Positions 12,101-24,100 of a stretch of 64,000 nucleotides of DNA are shown piece after piece. The stretch covers positions 688,398 to 752,397 of the forward strand of contig CAJINV010000006.1 of assembly GCA_905178155.1 (NCBI GenBank). Direction: 5' to 3'. Position 1 is the first letter of the stretch. Each line of letters begins with the position of its first letter. A program made the translations under genes and the position numbers. Origin of the DNA: Amoebophrya sp. A120. Lineage: Eukaryota; Protista; Dinoflagellata. A model generated the notes under the pieces. It made no database searches. It was not told the origin of the DNA and worked only from the letters and a program-made list of their open reading frames with translations.

Positions 12101-15100
12101 TCGTCCTTCGAGCTGTTGCCGGCCTACCCAGAGCTGATCAAGCGCGTGAAAACCTGGCTGGCCAACATTCCGTTTCCGTGGGCGACAACGCCCGACAGAT
12201 CTGGCTGGTGGACGAACATCGAATCCGCGCTGTCCTTTGGCCTCACGCTGGCGACTATCAAATGTAAAAATGTCTGGGTCTGGAAGATTGCCAGGTTTGT
12301 CATGCACATTTTGCATGACTCCGGATGTCTGTGATGCATGCCCTAGCATCGCAGATTTTGTGAGGGCTTCCTGATGCTTATACCGCATGACAAATGCTCT
12401 TTCTGTGTAGCAAAACTTGGACTCTCTTTGCTGTTCATGCAATACAGATTTTTTTAGAATCCAAAATCAGCATGACAAGTTGGATTCTTCCAGACCCAGA
12501 CATTTATACAGTTGATAGCGACGCTCGGCGTATTGCCTGCCGAAATTCGGAACACGTACGCGGACCCTAGCAAGTCGTGGAGCATGAATCGCTGGTCAGA
12601 CTCTTCCAAGAAATTGAAAGACTCGCCGTACGTCGGCGGGGAATTTGAAAACAACCCAGAGTACACATGGCAAATATCCCTGGACGTCTGGAAGATTTAT
12701 TCCAGATTTGTCATGCTTGTCTGACATGACTCGGAACTCTTGTAACATGCGTCGGTGCATCAAAAAGATCGTTTTGTCTGTGATACAAAAGCGCAGTCTT
12801 CCATGCGGAATAAGTACGCTACACAGAGCAGCTCAAAAACTTGTCATGCTTGGCCACGTATAATGACAGTGCGCCCAGCATAATTCCCTGGTTTGCATCA
12901 CAAGTTTCCAGACCCAGATCGATGTTTGCCTTTGATACGGAGCAGCCGTCGCCAGAATTCGAATGTTTGCAGGCCAACGATTTCTGCAGCGCGCGCTATT
13001 CTGAGTAAAACCGTCCCCACCCGAGAGGTGTCATGCAAATCTGCATGCTGAAAATGTTTCTCATGCGGAGCCCCATGAGATGCATTGTGTAGTCGTGTTT
13101 TGGAATTTGTCATGCTCCAATCAGAATGATATCCTAGATCTGTGATGCTGCTTAGTTAGCTCCAACAGCACTACACTACGAGTCCAAATTGGTCATGCAA
13201 AACAGCCGAAGCTTGGAGATTTGTCTAGCCGATTCTCCATCTTGACTATGGGGTGGGGGCGTTTTTACATGGGATACGCGGCTACTGTTACTCACCGACG
13301 CGGAAGAGGAGTGGACGGAGTCGCAGCAGTATCACATGCAAAAATGTCTGGGTCAGGGAGGATGGAGCTTGTCATGCTAAATCTGAACCAGGCAAAAAAC
13401 TGTGTTGCATGGTTGCCACAAGTTGTGCACTTTTGACCTAATCGAGAGGCAGTTTCTCATGCAGGAAAGGCATTAGAAAGGTCTCGCAGAATCTGTCATG
13501 CTATGTCCTACATACCAGACCTCATGGGGCATGGAAAACTTGCGTGACAAATCTGACGATCTTCCAGACCCAGACATTTCTGCAATCCATAAGCAGAACA
13601 AATTTAAAGACGAGTATTTCCTGAAGCAATGGGGCACCAAAATGTCGGTGTACATTTTGAAGGCCGCGACCAATGAAGACCCACCTTATGCTATCCTGAG
13701 CAAAAACGTACCCACACCAGAGTCAAGATGGTAAATCTGCTAGACAAATCAACCAGCTTTGGCTGTTTCGCATGACAAGTTTGTCCTTGTAATGTAATCC
13801 TGTTTAGGTAGTTCAGCAGCATCACAGGTCTAGCATATCATGCTGATTATAGCATCGCAAATCCCAAAACACGATTAGAATATGCCTTTCATGGGGCTCA
13901 GCATGAGAAACTTTTTTGGCATGCAGATTTGCATTACAACTCTGGTGTGGGTACGTTTTTACTCAGGATATATGCTCCCTTTTTTGACGAGGTAACCGCG
14001 GACTACGGTGGGAAGGTGCTGTATGGATGTGTCAGGTTTGAAACCGTCAGAGTTGAAATAGTTTGTCATGCATAAAATGGATGCCAGTTGGAGCCCAGTT
14101 TTCAAGTGGCGCATGACAAGTTTTGGTGGTGCCTAAATCCAGTTTGTAATGCTGTTTGGGTAAGGAAGACGCCTTTTGTCATGCTACTTTAGCAGCTCTA
14201 TTTCTACCCCTCAACAGGCTTGCAATATGCCTCCCTTGCCTACTCTGCAAGACAGGCGCTTTGCGGGTTGCATTTTATGCATCACAAATTATTTCAACTT
14301 TGACGATTTCAATCCTGACGCTTCCATATGCTGCTCATGAACAGCGGCGAGCCGGATCAGATCAAATCGCAACTGGCCAACTACTATCAAGTGCAAATAA
14401 ATATGTCTGGGTCTGGCAGCCTGTAAACCTCTCATGCAGGAGGTTTTCCATGACCCATGAGGTCTGGAATGCGGGACCTAGCATGACAGACTCTGCGACG
14501 TCTGTGTCATGCCTTTCCTGCGTGAGAAATTCTTTCCCAAAGGTGGACAGCTTTTGGCACTCATGCAACACAGATCTTTGCATGATTCAGATGTAGCATG
14601 ACAAGTTGCACTGTCCCAGACCCAGATCGATATTTGCAATTGATAACTACTGGCGGCAGTTGGAGGGCGAGATCCTGGCGGAAGAGCGGGACTTAGATCG
14701 CCCCGTGTGGACGAAGCACAGCTGGGACCGGCTGGTGACCACTGACGAGACGCAGCAAGACTTCAAACTCGTGCACCCACCCGTGCAAAAACTCTCCGCC
14801 TGTCTATCCTGAGTAAAAACGTCCCCACACCAGAGTTGTCATGCAGATATTTGCAATGACAGGAACATTTGTAATGCGCATCGCCAGGAGAGGAATTTTT
14901 AGTCGTGTTTTGGAATTTGTAATGCTGTAAACAGGATGAGCAGATGGATTTCTGATGCAGCTGGCCTTGCGAACCTGCACTACACTACGGACTGCAACTT
15001 GTGATGCGTGACCCCCAAAAGTTCTAGGTTTGTGTTGCAAAATCCCCATCTTGACTCTGGTGTGGGGATGTTTTTACTCAGGATACTGTCTGCCGGTCAC

Positions 15101-18100
15101 CTATTCCCCCCCGTCGGCAGCGAGGTTGGGCGTGCTGTGCCTGGACCTCTCTTTGTTCTCCGGTAGCACCAACACCGCCCCGCGGTACTACCCGCTGCTC
15201 CGTTGCTGGCCGGGGTTCAACCAGATTTTGGCGCGGCGCACGGACGCCGACATGCTGGAGAAGGCGTGCCCGGCCCGGGAATTCAAGGCGGACCGGTGCA
15301 ACACCGAAAGGCCGCTCATGTACAAGTATTGGGGGAAGAAGGACGGGTATCAAAAGGAAAAATCCGCCCTCCCCATATCGAAAACAAAATTTGTGATGCT
15401 GTATTTGAGTACACAAATCAGGTTTGTATTGCAGAGAGGCATTGCGGCCAGATCCCCAGGCTAGCTGGGGGCGTATGGTTCTAGTTGCGCAGCATGGCAA
15501 GCGGCTCCCTTTTAGGCCTCACAGCATGAAAAATCGCTTCCATAATGGGGCGGAAGCTTCTGCCCTTGTCTTCTTGCAAGACAAATGTGATTTGTGACCT
15601 CAAATCAGCAACACAAATTTCCGGAAACGTACCTGTTCGATATGGGGAGGGGGGATTTTTCTCTTTGATAACGGGGGCAACCACCGGCGGCGCAGCGCAC
15701 GCCGCCGCCGCCGTCGTACGCCGTCGTCGGACAAGTGGCTGCGCGAAACGGACTATGAATTGCAAATATGTCTGGGTCTGGAAGAATGCAAGTTTGTCAT
15801 GCTTGTCTGGCACGACTCGAGAATCTGTGTTGCATAGGCACGAAACGGCACTCTTACCTGTCATGCAAAAACGCAGTTTGCCATGCGGAATACCTAACAC
15901 ATGGCAGCCAAAAAATTTGTCATGCATAGCTGCGTATTGCAGTGCGTCTAGCATTCCTTTTTAGCATTACAAGTTTCCAGACCCAGACATACTTATTTGC
16001 AATCCATACGGACGTGACCGGTTGCTTGGACAGCTTGGACGACTCCACTTATCCCAAGGAGGTCGCGGTCCCCGACACCGACGAGAATTCCAACGTGCAC
16101 AAGGTGCGGCCCTGCTTTCCGGACTACTACTTGTATGAATTGCAAAAATGTCTGGGTCTGGAAGATTGCAACTTGTCATGGCAAATCTGAAGCATGCAAA
16201 AATCTGTGTTGCATGAGTGCCAAAAGCTGTCCACTTTGGACCAAGTTGGAACGGAGTTTCTCATGCAGAATAGGCATGGCAGAGACCTCGCAGCGTCTGT
16301 CATGCTAAGTCCCGCATTGTTCCAGACCTCATGGGTCATGGAAACTGTGCATGACAGGTCTACACTCTTCCAGACCCAGACATTTTTACATTTGATAACT
16401 TGGCAAAGAGCACGATGGACACGCTCGTAGTCCCCGATAGTGGCCAGCTCACGGCGGCGTCGAGCGGGGGGTCGAGTACTTCCCCTTCCGGGGAGGCGGT
16501 GCCGGAGAAGTTTTCGGCGGACTTATCAAAAGGAAAAATCCCCCCTCCCCATATCGAAGTGGAAATCTGTGATGCGGGATTTGTGTACACAAATCGGCTT
16601 TGTCTTGCAGTAGAGGACTGCAGGCAGATGCAAAGCCGGAGTAGGGGCATTTTGGTGTAGGCGCCTAGCAAAGCAGGCATATCCTCCGTGAGCCATATAG
16701 CATTACAAATTGCCTGCAGGACGCGGCGAGGTTTTTGCATTTGCCTTCTTGCAAAACAGAGACGATTTGTGGTCTCAAATCAGCATGACAAATTTTCAAA
16801 AGTATACCGGTTTGGTATGGGGAGGGGGGATTTTTCCTCACAATAGGACTACGACGCGGAGCAGCAGCGAGCCTGCCCGGTGAATTGCGTGATGAATCTA
16901 TCAGAATGAAAAATCCCCCTTCCCCATATCAAAACGAAGTTTCTGATGCTGGATTTGCGTACACAAATCAGATTTGTCATGCTGGCGAGGACTGCAGGCC
17001 GATATCAAGCCTGAAAAGACAGGTTTTGGCCTAGGCGCTTAGCATGACAGAGGTCTACGCTTTAGGAGCATGAGCATGACAAACCGCCTGTAGAATGCGG
17101 CGGTTGTCTGTGGGGTTGCCTTCGTGCAACATAGAGATGATTTGTGGCCACAAATCAGCAACACAAATTTTCGAAAACGTACCTTTTCGATATGGGGAGG
17201 GGGGATTTTTCCTTTTGATAGAACCCCTGGACCGCCTGGTCTGCCTGCTCCTTGTCCTGCGGAACCGGGGAGCAGAGCCGCACCCGGACCATTGCCCTGC
17301 ACCCGATGTTCAACGGCCAGGCGTGTGACGCCGTGGCCGAGATATGGAATGCAAATATCGATCTGGGTCTGGAAACTTGTGATGCTGAATTGCACATGAC
17401 TGCAACGCCGGCAGCGGCAGCCCAGCATGACAAACTTTCGGAACGCTTTTTGCTGCGTGACGCGCATGACAAATTGCCTGTAATGTATTTTGCATAACAA
17501 AAAAAGCTGCTCATTTGCTGCTCATGCAACACAGATTTTCCAGGAAAGCAAGATACGCATTACAAGTTGTTACAACCTTCCAGACCCAGACATATTTGCA
17601 AGGCATACGAGATCCAGAACTGCAACGAGCAGCCCTGTCCCGTGGACTGCGATTTTAGCGAGTGGTCGGAGTGGACTGATTATGCATTGCAAATATGTCT
17701 GGGTCGGGAAACCTGTAATGCTGGGCTGGGTATAGTGAATGCTCTGTAATGCACAGCCAAGCATGACAAGTATTTCCGCCGATTAGTGTTGCCGTTTCCG
17801 CATGACAAACTGCGTTTTTGCATGACAAGCCGAAGAGTGTCTCGTCTTGGACACGCATCACAAACTCTTCAGTCATGCCAAACAAGCATGACAATCCTTG
17901 CATCCTTCCAGACCCGGACATATTTGCAATTGATACCGATTGCACCGTCTCTTGTGGTCCCCCCGCGGGAATCCGCACCCGAACGATTACCATTAACAGC
18001 GGGTCGCTGAACGGCGGAGCGGCGTACCCTGAGTAAAAACGTACCCACACCAGAGTTGTAATGCAAATCTGCATGCCAAAAGAGTTTCTCATGTTGAGCC

Positions 18101-21100
18101 CCATGAAAGGCATTTTCTAATCGTGTTTTGGGATTTGTGATGCTATAATCAGCATGATATGCTAGGCCTGTGATGCTGCTGAACTACCTAAACAGGATTA
18201 CATTACAAGGACAAACTTGTCATGCGAAACAGCCAAAGCTGGTTGATTTGTCTAGCAGATTTACCATCTTGACTCCGGTGTGGGTACGTTTTTACTTAGG
18301 ATACGGCGTGTCCTTTGAGTACCCAAGAAACGAAAGCGTGTCATGATGGCAATACCTATCAAATACAAAAATGTCTGGTGTTTTGTCTGGACGAAACAAG
18401 ACCTTGGTACAGCACGGGGAAGAGAACGACTTGAACTTTTTGAAGAAAGAAAATAAAAGAGAACTACGTGGATGCACTATGTAGAGAGAGAGATTAAAAC
18501 ATGCTATTATGTCCACCGGTAGAACTAACTACTACTACTTATACTATCACTTGCGCAACATACAAATCGGGTGCAATGAACTTCTGCCCACGGGGTCCCG
18601 CAGGCTCTACCAAAGTGCTACGCTGGCCAAAGCGCTAGGCACCTGGGAGCCCGTGGGTGCTCGCGTAGTATGTAGTGAGGTCACCGAACGGTTCTAACCG
18701 GGGAGTTTTCTTGCCATGCATCGCGCAAAACGACCGGCAGTTTTCAAGCGGGCGGAAGTGTTTTTTGACAAAAAAGATTTTCAATTATAAAGCGGCTTTG
18801 GCTGTGTCGGCACCGAATCGCCAGCGGATTCTATCGATCGCCGCTGGGTAAAACGACGCAGAGGAGCCAGCAAAAGGAGCGCCATTCTGAGGCGCCCACC
18901 GCCTTAGTTTCTGGCGGTTTGGGGCGCCCAAAAAGGGGCGCGAAAAAAACGCGCCTAAAATCAGAACAGCGAAACAGCACGGCACGGCCGCGATTTCGGA
19001 GCATTTTGGGCGGCAGCGAAAGCGGCCGAATTTTCGCCGGTTTCAGAGCCTGGGAAGCTTTGCAAAAAGCGCCGGCGCGAAAAATAAAAACGCAAAAAAG
19101 CAAAAGCGCGCCAGACGCGCAAAGCCAACCCGCATGCTACGGGCCCGATTTCCCTTCGCTTTTTGGGCGCCCCCAGTGGCACCCGGATCGGCCCCATAGC
19201 ATGGGGGCTGGCTTTCGGAAAGGAATATCGGGAATTTGCAAAAATTTGCGACGTTTACAAAGCGGCCGCCATACCGTGCGGCCTAACGTTACTCACGACG
19301 GTATGGCGAACCCAGGAAAAGCACAGCCGCGGCCAAAGCGACGGCCGGCAAGAAAACGCCCACGACCTCACTACCTCCGCCCCGGCGGCTATATTTGGTA
19401 GTGTCATGGCCGTGCGAATAGCACACCGTGGGTGCGTGCGAATAGCACACCGTGGGTGCAAAAATGTCTGGGTCGGGAAGATTCTGACACTTGTCATGCA
19501 CGTTTTGCATGAGCCCTGATGTTTGTGATGCATGCCCTAGCATCACAGATTTTTTGAGAGCTTCTTGATGCCTATTCCGCGTTACAAATGCCCTCTCCGC
19601 GTAGCAAAAATTACATTCCCTTATTTGGTCCTCATGCAATACAGATTTTTCTGGAATCCAAATGCAGCATCACAAGTTGCATTCTTCCAGACCCAGACAC
19701 TTTTGCATTTGATAAGCTGGAGAAGTGCACGCCGCCCGAGGGCCCCAACAAGCCGAATGCCGTCTACCTGCTGCTATCCTGTGCAAAAGTATCGTATTCG
19801 TATAATAAATGCAAGTCTTGCATTACAAAAAGGTAAATCACCATTACAAATTCCATTTCTCATGCTGAGAAAATTTGTAATGCATTTATAATTATACGAG
19901 TACGACTACGATACTTTTGCAGTTCATAGCTGCCGACGGGCAGTTATTTGGAAGGGGCGACGGTGGGGAAGGCCGACCGAGACGATCCCCACGTGAACTG
20001 CACAAGCCCCACCTCTACCGACCCCGGTTGTGCGGACCCCCCGTCAACGGGGACGCTCTCCGTGTGGCCGGCAAAGCTGGCCGGGGAAGCGTGGAAGAAA
20101 GTGTTCGAGGACGCGGCGCAGGATCCTCTCGACCCGTACCACCCCGGCAACGTGGTGTACCTTGTGTCCCCCCTCCGGCGCGCCATGGAGGCGGCCGCCA
20201 ACTTCATCATTTCGGCACGGTCTACAAAGACACCGCCTCGAGTGGGGGGCTCCTGGGGGTAATCTCCCACGGCTATCTGAACGGAGAAGGCAGCAAGTCC
20301 TTGGCGGAAAATTTTCCCGAAATTTTTTTGGTGCCGCAACTACGGGAGGCCGGTCTGCGCCCGCCGCGGCCGCGTGCCAACGAGGGCACGCGCGTGGGGA
20401 GATGGAAGGACATGGTGAAGTATTGGCCCCTTCTATCCTGAGTAAAAAGGTACCCACACCAGAGTCAGGATGGGGATTTTGCAACACAAACCTAGGAGTT
20501 TTGTGAGTCACGCATGACAAGTTGCACTCTGCAGTGTAGTGCAGGTTAGCAAGTGCAGCCGCATCGCAGATTCATCTGCTGCTCATCCTGTTCACAGCAT
20601 CACAAATTCCAAAACACGATCGGAAGTGGCTCTCATGGGGATGCGCATTACAAGTCTTCCTGTCTTTGCAAATCTGCATTACAACTCTGGTGTGGGTACG
20701 TTTTTACTCAGGAAACTTTCGGTTGTTGAGCCCCACATTTACGCTGTGGGAGCTGACCGACGGACCGACGGACGCGGAACGACACCAGGCACTATCAAGT
20801 GTAAAAATGCCTGGGTCTGGAAACTTGTGATGCTGTGTGGCGTCTCATGATGAGGCCACAAGTGCTGGCTCAGCATGACAAGTTTCTGAGCTTCTAGGTA
20901 TTGCCTATTCTGCATGACAAACTGCGTCTCTGCATCACAGAAAAATGAAGCTCTTGGGTAACGTGCATGACAGATTTAAAAGTCATGCCAGACAAGCATG
21001 ACAAACATGCAGCATTCTTCCAGATCCAGACATCCTTACACTTGATAGGCACTGAGTGACTACAACCTGGACGAAAGTGCGAAGCTTGTCAAGTGGCTTG

Positions 21101-24100
21101 ACGAAGAAAAGTATGGTGCCGACTACTGGGACCACCACCTGCAAGACGTGCCGGAAGACAAGCAGTACTTTGAAACCTGGTACCGTAACACCCTCATGTC
21201 GGGCCACGGCCCGGCGGCGCTCAAGGACAAGGTGGTGATTCTGGTGACCGGACTCGACCTAGCCAACATGGCGTTTGAATTGTTCGCTGCCGACGGCGTC
21301 GCCAAGTGGGACCTGCAGTCACGTCTGGTTCCGCAGAGCGCTGCTGGAAACGGGCAATGGTGGAGCGAGTTGAGCGGGATGTACAGCGGGAGCATCCTGA
21401 CCCCCTTTCGCGCCGACGACCCAACTACGTGTTCAACAACGGACGGCCACGCCGCAGCAGGCCAGTGCGGCCGCACTGCCCGCGCCCTGTGGGAACTGAT
21501 AGAGCAGGGCCCCAAGACGCCGCTGCGAGACGAGCGTCCGACCCACGAGGATTGGTTCGGGGCGGCCAATACGCAGCCTCTACTCTCCGAGGCAGAAACC
21601 GTGACGCCTCCCGGGAGACCACCCGGCGCCACGTGGCCCGTCAACTGCGAGCTCGAGCAGGGGTATGACGGTGGATGGAGCCCCTGCAGCTGCGCGGACG
21701 GTGTTGCGGCGGAAAAGACCCAGCACCGAATCAGGTGGGTTGAGCGGGAGAATGCGACTCGGTGGGCCGGCAGCTTTTACGAGGAGCTGGGGTGGTACAA
21801 GTTGCAGGTCTATCAACTGTAAAAATGTCTGGGTCTGGAAGATTCCAGGATTTGTGATGCATATTTTGTATGATCCGTGATGCATGTAATGCATGATCTA
21901 GCATCACAGATTTTTAGAGGGCTTTCTGATGCCCATTCTGCATGAGAAATGCCCTCTCCGCGTAACACAAACTGGACTCCTGTTGCTGGTCACGCAATAC
22001 AGATTTCTTTGGAATCCAAAGACAGCATGACAAGTTTAGAATCTTCCAGACCCAGACACTTTTACATTTGATAAGGTCGGTGGGGTGGTGCAACCGCCGG
22101 TAGAGGCCACCTGCGAGGGCCGTTTCCCGTATCAAAAGGAAAAATCCCCCCTCCCCATATCAAAAAGGAAATTTGTGATGCTGATTTGTGACCACAAATC
22201 AGCTTTGTATTGCAGAGAGGCACTGCGGCCAGATCCCCAGGCTAGGTAGGGGCGTATGGGTCTAGTAGTTCAGCATGGCAAGCGCCCCCCTTTAGGCCCA
22301 ACAGCATGACAAACCGCTTCGATAATGGGGCGGAAGCTTCTGTCCTTGTCTTCTTGCAAGACAGACATGATTTGTGACCTCAAATCCGCAACACAAATTT
22401 TTGGAAACATACCTTTTCAAAATGGGGAGGGGGGATTTTTCCTCTCAATATCCCGGGTTTGAAGTTCTTGATGGGTACCGACGAGGACGGGAAGAGACGA
22501 CGCTACTCGCAGGAAACGAAGACCTGTCCCGGAACCTCGTGCGAGAAAAAAGCACACTGTTATGAATTGCAAAAAAGTCTGCGTCTGAAAGATTGCAACT
22601 TGTCATGGAAAATCTGAAGCATGCAAAAATCTGTGTTGCATGAGTGCCAAAAGCTGAAAACTTTTGACCAAGTCGGAACTGAGTTTCTCATGCAGGATAG
22701 GCATGGCAGAGACCTCGCAGAGTCTGTCATGCTAAGTCCCGCATTCCAGACCTCATGGGTCTTCAGGGAAAATCTGCATGACAAGGCAACACTTTTCCAG
22801 ACCCAGACATTCTGCTCCCAGGTGCCCAGCGCTTTGGCCAGCGTAGCACCTTGGTAGAGCCTGCGGGACCCCGTGGGCAGAAGTTCACTGCACCCAATTT
22901 GTATGTTGCGCAATAGTAGCTTATCGTAGTATAGTGGACGCAATAGCATGTATTTATTTTAGTTCTCTCTACCTGAATCTACGTCGTTTTCGTTTTTTAC
23001 TTTTCAAAATTTCAAGTCGTTCTCTTCCCTGTGCTGTACCACGGTCTTGTTTCCAGACAAAACGCCAGACATTCTCGCACTTGATAATACCGACGGTGAT
23101 ACGATTCGTTGCCCCATCGACTGCGTGATGCACCCCTGGGGGGCGTTCTATCAACTGCAAATATTCCTGGGTCTGGAGAGGATGGGATTTGTGTTGCTAA
23201 CTTTCGATCATGTAAAAAGCTGTATTGCATAAGCCGCACAAGGTGCTCAGATTTTTGCAACGCAGAGGGCATTTCTCGTGCAGGATACGCATGAGCAACC
23301 CTTCGCGAAAGGGAAAGCTGTGATGCTAGACAATGCATGATCTCCGGACTCGCTGGTCCTGTACATGTACAATCTGCATGACAAAGTTCCCCTTCCAGAC
23401 ATCCAGACATATGTGCATTTGATACGTTCACGGCCTGCTCGAAAACGTGCGGCCCGGACGGGACGAAAACGCAAACGCGGAGTGTGCAGGTTCATCCGGA
23501 ATTCGGGGGCGAAGAGTGTCCGAAGATCGCTGCAAACGAGAACGGCGAACAAACGGGCGGGGGTGTAGTACTTCTCCAGCTCAAGGAATCTTCCGGATTT
23601 GTCGACATCGAAGAAGGAATGTTGGACGGTACTTACGCTGAAAACGAGTGGGACAAGTATGGCCCGAACGACCAGGACCCGTTTCTGGGGCCCTTCCCCG
23701 CGGCGCTGCAGAAGGTGATGCACGAGGAGTTCGGCACGGAGAATCCGACCGACGCCGTATCAAAAGGAAAAATCCCCCCTCCCCATATCGAAAAGGTATG
23801 TTTCCGAAAATTTGTGTTGCTGATTTGAGGTCACAAATCGCATTTGTCTTGCAAGGAGACAAGGGCAGAAGCTTGCGCCCCATTATGGAAGCGATTTGTC
23901 ACGCTGTTGGGCCTAAAGGGGAGCCGTTTGCCATGCTGAGCAACTAGTAGGCCCCTACCTAGCTGGGCACCTGGCCGCAGTGCTTCTCTGCAATACAAAC
24001 CTGATCTGTGTACTCAAATACAGCAACACAGATTCCGTTTTCGATATGGGGAGGGGGGATTTTTCCTTCTGATACGCCGAGACGGAGCTGTTTGTCCCGA

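Larger units (their letters stand above)
18357..23086. mobile_element. 4.73-kb composite (Pack-like) introner with long TIRs and captured gene fragment
   Basis: ATACC at 18352-18356 and 23087-23091. 18357-18650 is an imperfect reverse complement of 22814-23086. Termini TATCAAATACAAAAATGTCTGG / CCAGACATTCTCGCACTTGATA resemble family A. Excision gives ...KACHDGNT|DGDTIRCPIDC. Confidence 0.9.

Noticed and set aside
18919-19519. Transposase gene inside the giant element
   Set aside because: ORFs are short (<=160 aa) with no recognisable catalytic motif; kept only as a candidate remnant.
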